A stretch of DNA of 64,000 nt. Origin: a bacterium (GTDB taxonomy: Bacteria; Actinomycetota; Acidimicrobiia; Acidimicrobiales; Bin134). Position 1 is the stretch's first letter, and each line of letters starts with the position of its first letter. The translations under genes were made by a program, and so were the position numbers. The stretch lies in contig JAPOVT010000056.1 of the NCBI GenBank assembly GCA_026708015.1, forward strand, positions 164,134 to 228,133, given 5' to 3'. The notes beneath the pieces are model-generated. The model worked only from the letters and a program-made list of their open reading frames with translations. It searched no databases and was not told the DNA's origin. This document shows positions 1 to 9,043 of the stretch, in pieces.

Positions 1-899
1 CCGATCCTGAGCCGGGCCCTCACGATGTGCTGATCCAGGTCAAGGCCACGTCGATGGATCGGGTGGACGTCTATTGGCGGGAGGGGTCGCATGGCATGAA
101 ATTGCGTTGGCCCCAGCACGTGGGCGGCCGGGACATTGCTGGCGTGGTGGAGTCGGTGGGATCGCAGGTGACGACGGTGGCGGCGGGCGCCCGGGTGGTG
201 GCATCGGGGGAGCGGACCCACGCCACACTGGCGCTGGCACCCGCGGAGTTGACGTTTCCCTTGCCCGACGGGATCAGCTTTGAGGCCGGAGGGGCCACGC
301 CCACTGCGGGCCGCTCAGCCCATCAGGCACTCATTGAGAAGGCTCAGGTCCAGGCAGGGGAGACCGTGCTGGTGATGGCCGCGGGGTCGGGGGTGGGCAG
401 TTTCGGAATCCAGATTGCCAGGGCCATGGGCTGTCGGGTCATCGCCACCGCTGGTTCCGCCGACAAACGAGCCCAGGCCGTGGCATTGGGCGCAGAGGTG
501 GCCATCGATCACTACACCGATGACATCGTTACCGCGGCGCGAGAGGCCACCGACGGCAGAGGCGTGGACGTGGTGCTCGACCATGTGGGTACCCCGGTGT
601 TTGCCGCCGCGGTGCGGTCGCTGGCGCCCGAGGGCCGATTCGTGACTTGTGGAGTCACTGCCGGGCACATGGGGGAGTTGCACTTGGGCCAACTGTTTGT
701 CAAGGGCATCACCCTCTTGGGGGTAGGGCGTCCCGACAACCAGCGGATTGCCGCCACCATGAAGGGCTTGCTGGCCATGATCGCCCACGACCAGGTCTCG
801 CCGGTGATCGCCGCCACGTTCGGATTGGATGAGATTGCTCAGGCTCACCGGCTCATGGAGAGTTCTGACTTCTTCGGCAAGATCGTTCTGGTTCCCTAG
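1..899 (+). CDS. Zn-dependent alcohol dehydrogenase / quinone oxidoreductase family (MDR), 5' end outside window
   Basis: Frame is open from the window edge (DPEPGPHDVLIQVKA..., typical MDR N-domain). Rossmann stretch 'VLVMAAGSGVGSFGIQIA'. C-terminal 'GKIVLVP'. Confidence 0.8.
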   Translation, partial: DPEPGPHDVLIQVKATSMDRVDVYWREGSHGMKLRWPQHVGGRDIAGVVESVGSQVTTVAAGARVVASGERTHATLALAPAELTFPLPDGISFEAGGATPTAGRSAHQALIEKAQVQAGETVLVMAAGSGVGSFGIQIARAMGCRVIATAGSADKRAQAVALGAEVAIDHYTDDIVTAAREATDGRGVDVVLDHVGTPVFAAAVRSLAPEGRFVTCGVTAGHMGELHLGQLFVKGITLLGVGRPDNQRIAATMKGLLAMIAHDQVSPVIAATFGLDEIAQAHRLMESSDFFGKIVLVP

Positions 900-913
900 T
901 CAGAGAGAGACTT

Positions 914-1336
914 ATGCGCTCATTTGAGTTCCCCATCGAGGCGGGACACATTCAAGAGTTCAAGCGGGCGGTGGGCGACCACGACGCGGCGTTCGAGCCC
1001 GACGCGGCAGCCCCGCCCACGTTCATGGTGGCGGCCGACCGCTACGACCCCGACTACGACCGCCGACTGCGCTCCGACCGTGAATGGCCGCCCGTGGCCC
1101 CCGAGACGGGCTCCGGATTCCACGCCGGGATGGTGTTCGAATACCACCGCCACCCCCGGGCCGGCGAGGTGCTCACCGCCATCGTGGCTGACGGCGAAGA
1201 GTGGACCAAGCAGGGTCGCCGGGGCGGCGATTTGCGGTTCCGGGAGATCGTCACCACCTTTATCGACACGGAGGGACAGTCCTGCGTGACCGCCCGGTGG
1301 ATCAACGTGCGGGCGGCCAATGAGGTGCGGGAATGA
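914..1336 (+). CDS. MaoC_dehydrat_N / FAS1-like hotdog subunit (HadA/ChsH-type partner)
   Basis: 140 aa. Purine-rich 'gagagaga' about 5 nt upstream as a possible RBS. Its stop overlaps the next start (ATGA at 1333-1336). Pairs with the MaoC hotdog protein downstream. Confidence 0.6.
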   Translation: MRSFEFPIEAGHIQEFKRAVGDHDAAFEPDAAAPPTFMVAADRYDPDYDRRLRSDREWPPVAPETGSGFHAGMVFEYHRHPRAGEVLTAIVADGEEWTKQGRRGGDLRFREIVTTFIDTEGQSCVTARWINVRAANEVRE

Positions 1337-1731
1337 AGCCCGAAGTCGGGGCTGTGTATCGGCAGGTAGTGGCCGAGGGGCTGACCCGCACGCAACTGGT
1401 GGCCTACGCCGGAGCCTCTGGCGACTTCCACCCCTTCCACCACGACGAGACCTACGCCACCGCCCATGGATTCGACCGGATCTTCGCTCACGGGATGTTG
1501 ACCATGGGCATTTCAGGACAGGCCCTGGTGGCGGTGTTCGGCCCGGAGGGTCTGGACCGCTACGCAGCCGATTTCCTGAAGCCGGTGTGGCCGGGAGACA
1601 CCTTGACCGCCGAACTGACGGTGACTGCGGCCAATGCCGACGGCACTGTGGAGGTGGACATCTCCACCACCGATCAGCACGGCACCCTGGTCTTGCGGGG
1701 TTCTGCTGCTGGGAGACTGGCCGGGGGGTAG
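1333..1731 (+). CDS. MaoC-family (R)-specific enoyl-CoA hydratase hotdog subunit
   Basis: Hydratase motif region 'YAGASGDFHPFHHDETYA...FAHGMLTMG'. Translationally coupled to 914-1336. Confidence 0.75.
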   Translation: MKPEVGAVYRQVVAEGLTRTQLVAYAGASGDFHPFHHDETYATAHGFDRIFAHGMLTMGISGQALVAVFGPEGLDRYAADFLKPVWPGDTLTAELTVTAANADGTVEVDISTTDQHGTLVLRGSAAGRLAGG

Positions 1732-1739
1732 GCCGGATT

Positions 1740-2450
1740 TCAGGCCAGCAGCTCTTGGAGCCGCTCCACCGGGTTGCCGGAGGTCACCAAAGCCTCGCCG
1801 ATGAGGGCGGCATCGTAACCGGCCTCTCGCACCGCGGCCATTGTCGTGCCGCCGGGAACGGCGATGCCCGACTCGGCGACTTTCACCACATGGGCGGGCA
1901 GCAGCGGCGCCAATCGCGCCGCCCTTTGGTAGTCCATGGTGAACGCCGCGCTCTTGGGCTTCTCCCGTTGGTTGACGCCGATGATGTCGGCCCCGGCTCC
2001 AAGAGCTATCTCTAGCTCGCTCTCCGACTTCACCTCGGTGAGCACATCCATGCCCAGTGACAAGGCCAGAGCGTGAAGCCCGGCCAGTTGAGCACCGGTG
2101 AGGTCGGCCACGATCAGCAGCAGCGCATCGGCCCCCATGTCGTGGGACTCGTACACATCGTCGGCAGTGGTGATGAAGTCCTTGCGCAACACAGGCAAGC
2201 CAGAGGCCTGAGCTGCGGCGGCGAGGTCGTCGCCGCAGCCGCCGAACATCGCTTCATTGGTGAGCACCGATAGGCAGGCCGCCCCACCGTCGCGATAGGC
2301 CGCCGCCATCTCGGCCGGATCGAGTTCGGCGTTGAGATCGCCCCGTGACGGAGAGCGCCGCTTGATCTCGGCGATGACGGCTACGTCGTCTCCCGCCAAG
2401 AGGGCCTGCTTGAAGCGTCCGGCCCGGCTGGCCCGCTCATCGGATCCCAT
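1740..2450 (-). CDS. trpC: indole-3-glycerol phosphate synthase
   Basis: 'VIAEIKRRSPSRG', 'LRKDFI', 'ALLLIVADL', 'GVNQR'. The long ORF 1740-2726 has a Pro/Ser/Arg-rich N-extension overlapping the next gene, so I chose the internal ATG at 2450 (MGSDERAS...). Confidence 0.8.
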   Translation of the reverse strand: MGSDERASRAGRFKQALLAGDDVAVIAEIKRRSPSRGDLNAELDPAEMAAAYRDGGAACLSVLTNEAMFGGCGDDLAAAAQASGLPVLRKDFITTADDVYESHDMGADALLLIVADLTGAQLAGLHALALSLGMDVLTEVKSESELEIALGAGADIIGVNQREKPKSAAFTMDYQRAARLAPLLPAHVVKVAESGIAVPGGTTMAAVREAGYDAALIGEALVTSGNPVERLQELLA

Positions 2451-2502
2451 GCGTCGGATGATACGGGGGAGTTCCGTCGCCGGAGAAAGCAGAAATGGGC
2501 GG

Positions 2503-3387
2503 CTAGGTGACCGCGGGAATGACTTCGGCAGCAAAAAGCTCGAGCGTCTCGGGGGCCGCGAAGTCGGAGAACTGGAGCACGAACTGCTCGGCACCCATCT
2601 CCCGGTCGGCTTGTAGGGCCTCTGCGACCTCATCTGGAGTTCCCGCCACGAGGGCCCAATCGCCAAATCGGCGCTGGGCGGTGGCCACCACTTCTTCGCG
2701 GGCTGCCGACGACGGGGCCAAGCCAATCGCCCGCTGCACCGACAGGCGGGCGTTGCCGGTCATGGGGATCAATTCGTCGAGCTCGTGCATTCCATACACC
2801 GGGCAGTTCCACCAGTCGGCGAAATCCCGCACCAACGGCATGGTGAGCTTGCGGCCCGCCCCGCCGATCAAGATCGGGATTTGGCCGTTCAGCGGGGTGG
2901 GCTGTTGCTGGGCGTTCTCCATCCTGAAGAACCGCCCTTCGTGGTTCACCGGCTCACCGGTGAGCAGGGCCTGCACTACTTCCAAGGTCTCCCGCAGACG
3001 AGCAGCCCTAACCGCGGGCGGCTCATCGCCGAGCCCAAAACGCTCCATCTCGTCAGGCACCGATCCCCAGCCAATGCCCAGATCGAAGCGTCCCCCGCTG
3101 AAATGGTCCAGGCTCACGATCATCTTGGCCAACAGCGCCGGATGGCGAAACTGACCGCACAGCACCATGTGGCCGATCCGCACCCGCTCGGTCCATGCCG
3201 CCACCGCGGTCGCCATCACGAAGGCGTCGTACATAGGGGCCGCGGGCAGCATGGGCGGATTCAAGTGGTCCATGAGGTCGATCTTGTGAAACCCACTGGC
3301 CTCCGCCGCCCGCACCCGCCCCTCGATGGTGCCCATGTCCATCCGCATTTGAGGCATAAACACGCTGAACTGCGGTGTGCTGGTCAT
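2503..3387 (-). CDS. LLM-class (luciferase-like) F420-dependent oxidoreductase
   Basis: 294 aa TIM-barrel-type sequence. 'GRFDLGIGWG' and 'IPILIGGAG' are typical of LLM flavin/F420 enzymes. Confidence 0.7.
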   Translation of the reverse strand: MTSTPQFSVFMPQMRMDMGTIEGRVRAAEASGFHKIDLMDHLNPPMLPAAPMYDAFVMATAVAAWTERVRIGHMVLCGQFRHPALLAKMIVSLDHFSGGRFDLGIGWGSVPDEMERFGLGDEPPAVRAARLRETLEVVQALLTGEPVNHEGRFFRMENAQQQPTPLNGQIPILIGGAGRKLTMPLVRDFADWWNCPVYGMHELDELIPMTGNARLSVQRAIGLAPSSAAREEVVATAQRRFGDWALVAGTPDEVAEALQADREMGAEQFVLQFSDFAAPETLELFAAEVIPAVT

Positions 3388-3388
3388 T

Positions 3389-4168
3389 TCAGGATCCTTT
3401 GCCCAGGCCGCGATGTTGCATATCGTCGGTGTCTACGGTCCAGTTGCGCATGGCCTTTTCTTCGAACTCTTTGGCTTCGGCGAAGCTCATACCATCGGTG
3501 TCGTCGTAGATCCGCATGGTGGCCGCGGTGGCGGGGGTGGCGGCGGCCACGATTTGGGTGGCCAGATCCCGAGCATGGGCTAGCAGCTCTTCGTGGGGGA
3601 CCACGTGGTTGACCAGTCCGATGCGCAGGGCTTCTTCGGCATAGACGAAGCGGGCGGTGGCGGTCATCTCCTTGGCCATGCGCTTGCCCACCGCTCGAGG
3701 CAATAGCGCGGTCATGCCCCAGGCGGCGATGACCCCGATTTTGGCGTGGGTGTCGGCGAATCGGGCTTGATCGGAGGCCAGGATGAAGTCGCAGCTCAGG
3801 GCGATCTCCAAGCCTCCGGTGACGCAGGTTCCGTTCACCGCGCAGATCAGGGGTTTGGCGGTGTCCCGACAGGCCTGGGCCGGGTCCTCGGCCTGGCGCT
3901 TGTTCCCGCCGGGGCCTTCCGAGACCCCATCGGCGGCCACCTCGCGCAGGTCCACGCCGCCGGTGAACACCGGGTCGGCCCCGGTCAAGATGATGGCGTC
4001 GACCCCGTCGTCGGCGTCGCAGGACCGCAGCGCAGCGCACAAGTTGTTGCGCATCCGCTTGGTCATGGCATTGCGGGCCTCGGGCCGGTTCAAAGTGATG
4101 GTGGCAATGCGGTGGCTGACTTCGATGAGCAGGCGCTGGTCTTCGGGGGTAATGGCTTTGTCGGCCAT
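3389..4168 (-). CDS. enoyl-CoA hydratase/isomerase (crotonase) family
   Basis: 'ITLNRPEARNAM', 'ILTGADPVFTGGVDL', 'ICAVNGTCVTGGLEIALSCD'. Start set at ATG 4168 (MADKAIT); the upstream extension would run into aroC. Confidence 0.8.
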   Translation of the reverse strand: MADKAITPEDQRLLIEVSHRIATITLNRPEARNAMTKRMRNNLCAALRSCDADDGVDAIILTGADPVFTGGVDLREVAADGVSEGPGGNKRQAEDPAQACRDTAKPLICAVNGTCVTGGLEIALSCDFILASDQARFADTHAKIGVIAAWGMTALLPRAVGKRMAKEMTATARFVYAEEALRIGLVNHVVPHEELLAHARDLATQIVAAATPATAATMRIYDDTDGMSFAEAKEFEEKAMRNWTVDTDDMQHRGLGKGS

Positions 4169-4176
4169 GTTTTCGC

Positions 4177-5277
4177 CTAGGAGCCGCCGCAATCCAACAC
4201 GTCCACGGCTTGCTGGCGCAACCAGTGGTCGGCCAGCACCAGCAGCACTTGGGCCTCCACCATCGGCACCGCTCGGGGCAGCACGCATGGATCGTGGCGG
4301 CCCCGGGCGGCCAAGGTGACCGGGTTGTTGTCGCGGTCCACAGTCTCCTGGGTCGACGCGATGGTGGCGGTGGGCTTGAATCCCACTCGGATCACTATGT
4401 CCTCGCCGTTGCTGATGCCGCCCTGCACGCCGCCGGATCGGTTGGTGGCGGTGCGGGGACGGCCGTCGGGACCAGGGGTGAACGGGTCGTTATGCTCCCG
4501 GCCGGTCATGGTCACCCCGGCGAAGCCCGAGCCGATCTCGAACCCCTTGGCCGCGGGCAGCGACAAGGCGGCCTTGGCCAAATCGGCATCCAACTTGTCG
4601 AACACCGGTTCGCCCAGGCCGGGGGGCACCCTTCGGGCCACGCATTCGACAATCCCGCCCAGGGAGTTTCCGTCGCGGCGAGCTGCCTCTATGGCCTCGG
4701 TCATGGCCTCTGCATGCTCAGGAGACGGGCAGCGAGTGGCGTCGGCCTCCACATCAGCCAAGGTCACCGCCGCGAGGTCGACATCAGCAGTGATGGTGCC
4801 CACCTGGCAGACCCAGGCCAGCACCTCGATGTCGGCCGCGGTGGCCAAGAGCTGGCGGGCGATGGCACCGGCCGCCACTCGGCCGATGGTCTCCCGGGCG
4901 CTGGCCCGCCCCCCGCCCTGCCAGTTGCGAATGCCGTATTTGGCCTCGGTGGTGTAGTCGGCGTGGGAGGGGCGGTACATGTCCTTGAAATCTTCGTACG
5001 CGTTCGGCTGGGCATCGGTGTTGCCCACCAGCATGGCGATGGGCGATCCCAGCGTGCGGCCCTCGAACAATCCTGAGAGGATCGTCACTTTGTCGGCCTC
5101 GTCCCGCAAGGTGGTAAGCCGGCTCTGTCCAGGGCGCCTCCGGTCAAGGTCGTGCTGGACCATCTCCTCGTCCAGCGGCAGCCGGGGCGGGCAGCCGTCC
5201 ACCACCGCGCCAATGCCGCCGCCATGGGATTCCCCAAACGTCGTGACCCGGAACAACTGCCCCGTCGAACTGCTCAT
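4177..5277 (-). CDS. aroC: chorismate synthase
   Basis: '[23 protein letters not shown]', '[16 protein letters not shown]'-type and 'GGISNGE' motifs. 366 aa. Confidence 0.9.
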   Translation of the reverse strand: MSSSTGQLFRVTTFGESHGGGIGAVVDGCPPRLPLDEEMVQHDLDRRRPGQSRLTTLRDEADKVTILSGLFEGRTLGSPIAMLVGNTDAQPNAYEDFKDMYRPSHADYTTEAKYGIRNWQGGGRASARETIGRVAAGAIARQLLATAADIEVLAWVCQVGTITADVDLAAVTLADVEADATRCPSPEHAEAMTEAIEAARRDGNSLGGIVECVARRVPPGLGEPVFDKLDADLAKAALSLPAAKGFEIGSGFAGVTMTGREHNDPFTPGPDGRPRTATNRSGGVQGGISNGEDIVIRVGFKPTATIASTQETVDRDNNPVTLAARGRHDPCVLPRAVPMVEAQVLLVLADHWLRQQAVDVLDCGGS

Positions 5278-5516
5278 TGCGACACAATGGCAGGGAGGTC
5301 GATCGACACAATCGGTGCTTCATCGGCATCCGGATCGCTCACCACGATCACCTCAGGTGAAGCGCCGCTCTCCGCGGCGGCCTCTGCGATCAACGTGGTT
5401 AGCTCTTCAAGGGTGTCAGCTCCCGCGTAGTAGGAGAAGTCGCCCATTTCGCCTTCCGCGCACCACGCGGGTCCCCTGTCTGGGTTCTCATAGGCCTTTA
5501 TCCTGGACATATTCAC
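5274..5516 (-). CDS. HicB-like antitoxin (N-terminal HicB fold only)
   Basis: 80 aa. '[30 protein letters not shown]' fits the HicB/UPF0150 pattern. Sits directly downstream of a HicA-like ORF. Its stop overlaps the aroC start (ATGA). Confidence 0.5.
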   Translation of the reverse strand: MNMSRIKAYENPDRGPAWCAEGEMGDFSYYAGADTLEELTTLIAEAAAESGASPEVIVVSDPDADEAPIVSIDLPAIVSQ

Positions 5517-5530
5517 CCTTCTGCCGAAGC

Positions 5531-5731
5531 TCAGAGTAGCGCGTCGATTTCAGGGTCAGATAGACCCGCGTCCTCGACGAGCAACTGCCGTAGAAGCCTC
5601 GGTGACAATTCTCGCCCCTTGTGCATCGGCAAACAGATTGATTTTCTACCTTCTGCTCGCAGCCAAACGTGAGATCCCTTTCCCAGTCTTGGAACTTCCC
5701 GGTATCCGATCTTGTGCAACAGGCGCAGCAC
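5531..5731 (-). CDS. HicA-family mRNA interferase toxin
   Basis: 'LLHKIGYREVPRLGKGSHVWL...LPMHKGRELSPRLLRQLLVEDAGL' matches the HicA (YcfA) pattern around 'GSH'. The only start is GTG 5731; the in-frame upstream 'ALKVTK' has no start codon. Region is visibly AT-richer than its flanks. Confidence 0.65.
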   Translation of the reverse strand: MLRLLHKIGYREVPRLGKGSHVWLRAEGRKSICLPMHKGRELSPRLLRQLLVEDAGLSDPEIDALL

Positions 5732-5859
5732 TTTCGTGACCTTGAGGGCGGGAAATCTTGAAACAGGTCTGGGGATTAGACGAGAATATATGGATAATGA
5801 CTGAGAAGCTAACGATTTCCCTGATGGTCGCGAGCCACACGCCTCTGTGCCAGCATTGG

Positions 5860-6645
5860 ATGATGGACTTGGGTCTTTTGGGCAAGGTCGCTTTGGTCAC
5901 AGGGAGCTATCGGGGGACGGGGAGTGGGATTGCCCGGGTGTTGGCTGCTGAGGGTGCCGAGGTAGTGGTCCACGGGTTTGAGGAGGGGCAGGCCGACTGG
6001 CTGGCTGACGAGCTGGGTTCGCCGGTCCGGGCGGTGTGGGGAGACATCTGCACCGATGAAGGGGCAGAGGCGGTGGCCAGCCAGTGCGGACCTGTCGATG
6101 TCTTGGTCAACAACTACGGGGTGGCGGTAGGCGGCACTTGGGGGGACGACGGCACCGATGTATGGGTTGACGCCTACAACCGCAACGTATTGAGCGCGGT
6201 GCGGATGACCCGGCTCATGGTTCCCGCCATGATGGAGCGGGGCTGGGGCCGAATTGTGCTGGTGTCCACGGTGGGGGCGACCCGCCCTGGCGACCGCATT
6301 CCGGGCTACTACGCGGCCAAAGGGGCCCTGCCCGCCATGACGGTGAGCTTGGCCCGGGAGTTGGCCGGCACTGGAGTGACGGTGAACTGCGTGAGCCCAG
6401 GGGCCATCGCCACCTCGGAGTTGGTGGAGATGTGGACCCGCCAGGCGGAGCGGGAGGGCCGCTCCACGGATTGGGACGACATCGAGCGCCATGTCACCAC
6501 GGTGCAGATGCCCACGCTCACTGGGCGCATCGCCACCGTGTCCGATGTGGGCGAGCTGGTGGCGTTTGTGTGCAGCGATCGGGCTCGTCAGATCCACGGT
6601 GCTCATCTGCGGATCGACGGGGGCGCGGCCGACGTCGTCACATAA
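5860..6645 (+). CDS. SDR-family oxidoreductase
   Basis: 'GKVALVTGSYRGTGSGIA', 'NNYG', 'YYAAKGAL'. Start moved to ATG 5860/5863 inside ORF 5758-6645. Confidence 0.8.
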   Translation: MMDLGLLGKVALVTGSYRGTGSGIARVLAAEGAEVVVHGFEEGQADWLADELGSPVRAVWGDICTDEGAEAVASQCGPVDVLVNNYGVAVGGTWGDDGTDVWVDAYNRNVLSAVRMTRLMVPAMMERGWGRIVLVSTVGATRPGDRIPGYYAAKGALPAMTVSLARELAGTGVTVNCVSPGAIATSELVEMWTRQAEREGRSTDWDDIERHVTTVQMPTLTGRIATVSDVGELVAFVCSDRARQIHGAHLRIDGGAADVVT

Positions 6646-6685
6646 CCGGGCGATCAGTCCATTCCGGTAACTAGGCTGCCCGGCG

Positions 6686-8203
6686 ATGCCGACCCTGTAT
6701 GACGTCGTCCGGGAATTCAGCTACACGTGGCCCGACAAGCTGGCCGTGCTCACCGAGCAGGACGGCCATCGTTCCTACCAGGAACTGGCCGCTCACGGTG
6801 GGGCGCTGGCTCACCAGTTCCAAACCCGCTTCGGATTGGGTCTAGGCGATCGGGCCTGCATCTGGATGCAGAACCGCCCCGAGTACATCGAATGCCAACT
6901 GGGTATGCAGGCCATCGGTTTGGCCGGGGTGCCCATAAACCCTGAGTGGACCGACCCGGAACTGGAATTCGTGCTCAACCACTCCCGGTGTCGATTGGTG
7001 TTTGCCGAGGCCGAGCGGGCCGAGCGGGCGGTGGCCCTGGCCGCGGGAATCGACTCGGTGGAGGCGGTGGTGAGCGTGGACGAGCCGGTTGAAGGCACCC
7101 TGCTGCTGGCCGACCTGATTGGCGAGTCGCCGGAGGGCGCGGGGCTGGACCTGCCCCCGGTGGACGGGTTCGTGGAGGGCAACGTGCTCTACACCTCGGG
7201 CACCACCACCGGGCGGCCCAAGGCGGTGCCGATGAGTCCCGAGCTGTTCGCCGGGGGAGCGGTGCCCTATGAGGAGATGTTCGGCCTGAGCCACACCGAC
7301 CGCTCGCTGGTGGTGACCCCGCTGTTCCACGGCAACGCCATGGGCGGGGCCATGTCGGCGCTGAGCCGGGGGGCCAGCGTGGTCATGCCTCGCAAGTTCT
7401 CGGCGTCGCGCTTCTGGTCGCTGGTCGACCAGTATCGCCCCACCTACTTCCTCACCCTGGTGCCCATCATCAACATCTTGATGGCTCAGCCCCCCGGTCC
7501 CCACGAGAGGTCGCACTCGCTGCGGGTGATGATTCCGCTGGGCTGCGCGCCGATCATCGAGCAGATCGAGGAGCGCTATGGGGTGCCGTGCATGGACTGG
7601 TACGGCATGACCGAGGCCGGGTCGGGCACCTATACCCGCCTGGACGAGCCCCGCCGCCCCGGCTCGGTGGGCAAGCCGTTCGAGGGGTCGGTGCTGAGGA
7701 TCTTCCTACCCGATGGGTCAGAAGCTCCGACGGGAGAGACGGGGGAGATCTGCTTTCTTCGGTCCACGATTGGCTTCAACGGCTACATCGAAGACCAGGA
7801 GGCCACCGAGGCCGCTACATCAGGCGACTGGTTCCGCACCGGCGACCTGGGCTACGTGGACGACGACGGCTACCTCTACTTCGTGGACCGCCAGAAGGAC
7901 ATCGTGCGCCGGGGCGGTGAGAACTTGTCCACCATCGAGGTGGAAACCGCGCTGCGCACCCACCCCGCAATAGGCGATATCGCCGTGGTGGCCCGCCCCG
8001 ACCCGGTGCTGGGCGAGACGGTGGCTGCTTTCATCGTGGTGGCCGACGGCTGCGACCTCCCCGCCGAGGACGACCTGCGGACCCACACCGAGGGAACCCT
8101 TGCCCCCTACAAAGTGCCCACCACCATCGAGCCCATTGACGAGCTCCCCCGCACCGGCAACGGCAAAGTAGAGAAGTTCCGCCTCCGCCAACGCTTTGCT
8201 TGA
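6686..8203 (+). CDS. AMP-dependent acyl-CoA synthetase/ligase
   Basis: 'LYTSGTTTGRPKAV' (AMP-binding), 'WFRTGDLGYVDDDGYLYFVDRQKDIVRRGGENL', C-terminal 'GKVEKFRLR'. Confidence 0.85.
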   Translation: MPTLYDVVREFSYTWPDKLAVLTEQDGHRSYQELAAHGGALAHQFQTRFGLGLGDRACIWMQNRPEYIECQLGMQAIGLAGVPINPEWTDPELEFVLNHSRCRLVFAEAERAERAVALAAGIDSVEAVVSVDEPVEGTLLLADLIGESPEGAGLDLPPVDGFVEGNVLYTSGTTTGRPKAVPMSPELFAGGAVPYEEMFGLSHTDRSLVVTPLFHGNAMGGAMSALSRGASVVMPRKFSASRFWSLVDQYRPTYFLTLVPIINILMAQPPGPHERSHSLRVMIPLGCAPIIEQIEERYGVPCMDWYGMTEAGSGTYTRLDEPRRPGSVGKPFEGSVLRIFLPDGSEAPTGETGEICFLRSTIGFNGYIEDQEATEAATSGDWFRTGDLGYVDDDGYLYFVDRQKDIVRRGGENLSTIEVETALRTHPAIGDIAVVARPDPVLGETVAAFIVVADGCDLPAEDDLRTHTEGTLAPYKVPTTIEPIDELPRTGNGKVEKFRLRQRFA

Positions 8204-8651
8204 GCAATCCGGGTCTGTCTTCTGATCTCTTCCCAAGGCACGCCGCGCTTCTCGGGAGGAATTTCGACCACCCCAGCCGGCTTGCCGCACCCACGGCCAG
8301 ATTTTGGATGCAGACGTCGGCCCGCTCGACCATCTGCCCCAGCAGTGCCTGATCTTGGGCGTCTTTGAGGTCGAGGACGATCGACTCCTTGCCCCGGTTC
8401 AGCCAGGCGAAATAGCTGGCCAGCCCATCGGCGGCGGCGTCGTAGCCCCGGGAGAAGTCGCCCTCGGCCCGCTCGATTTTGATGACACGGGCCCCGGCGT
8501 CGGCCAGTCGACAAGATGCCAGTGGTCCCGCCACTGCTTGTTCGATAGAGACGACGAGCACACCGTCCAGCGGCTTTGCCGAGCTCACGCCAGCAACGTA
8601 CTCCACGCAGCGGACAGGACAACTAGGCGTAAGCTCTGGCGATGATCCCAC
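8204..8651 (-). pseudogene. Family III (CaiB/BaiF-type) CoA-transferase, N-terminal about 125-aa remnant
   Basis: 'KPLDGVLVVSIEQAVAGPLASCRLADAGARVIKIERAEGDFSRGYD...LNRGKESIVLDLK...ADVCIQNL...RLGW' is the start of an approximately 400-aa family. Similarity then ends, a second frame carries 'GVPWEEIRR', and the ORF only continues by overlapping the synthetase 3' end. Confidence 0.55.
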
Positions 8652-9043
8652 AGGAAATCCTGGACTTGGCCCGCGAGCATGCTGCGGCCGAAGCAGAAAA
8701 TGACGCCGAGCGGACCCTGGCCACTCTGGTGGATGAGCCCACCTACGAATTCTGGCCGATGGGTGTGGGGTTCACCGGTGGTGATCTGGCCCGGACGTTC
8801 TACTTGGAGCAGTATCCGCGGTTCGCCCAGCGTGTTACCAATTTCGGGGTGCTCGGGGAATGGACCAACGATCAATGCGCCATTCAGGAGTATTGGATCG
8901 AGCTCGACGGAGAGACCCGCCACATGGTCATGTCCATGATGCCCGCCGAGGGCGATCTGCTGACCGGAGAAAAGCTGTACTGCGACGATGCCTTTGTGGA
9001 GGCTTTGCTCGGTCCCCTAACCGTGCACTTGAAGCCGCTCTAA
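8642..9043 (+). CDS. NTF2/SnoaL-like fold hypothetical protein
   Basis: 133 aa with an acidic N-helix. Size and pattern are compatible with the SnoaL-like family. No catalytic assignment possible. Confidence 0.45.
   Translation: MIPQEILDLAREHAAAEAENDAERTLATLVDEPTYEFWPMGVGFTGGDLARTFYLEQYPRFAQRVTNFGVLGEWTNDQCAIQEYWIELDGETRHMVMSMMPAEGDLLTGEKLYCDDAFVEALLGPLTVHLKPL

Noticed and set aside
5646-5900. 84-aa minus-strand ORF overlapping hicA and the SDR leader
   Set aside because: It is in a different frame from the recognisable HicA sequence, has no motif, and overlaps two better-supported features.
8031-8651. Treating the 206-aa ORF as an intact protein
   Set aside because: Only the first ~125 aa look like a real CoA-transferase. 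The remainder is low-complexity sequence antisense to the synthetase 3' end, so it is reported as a remnant instead.
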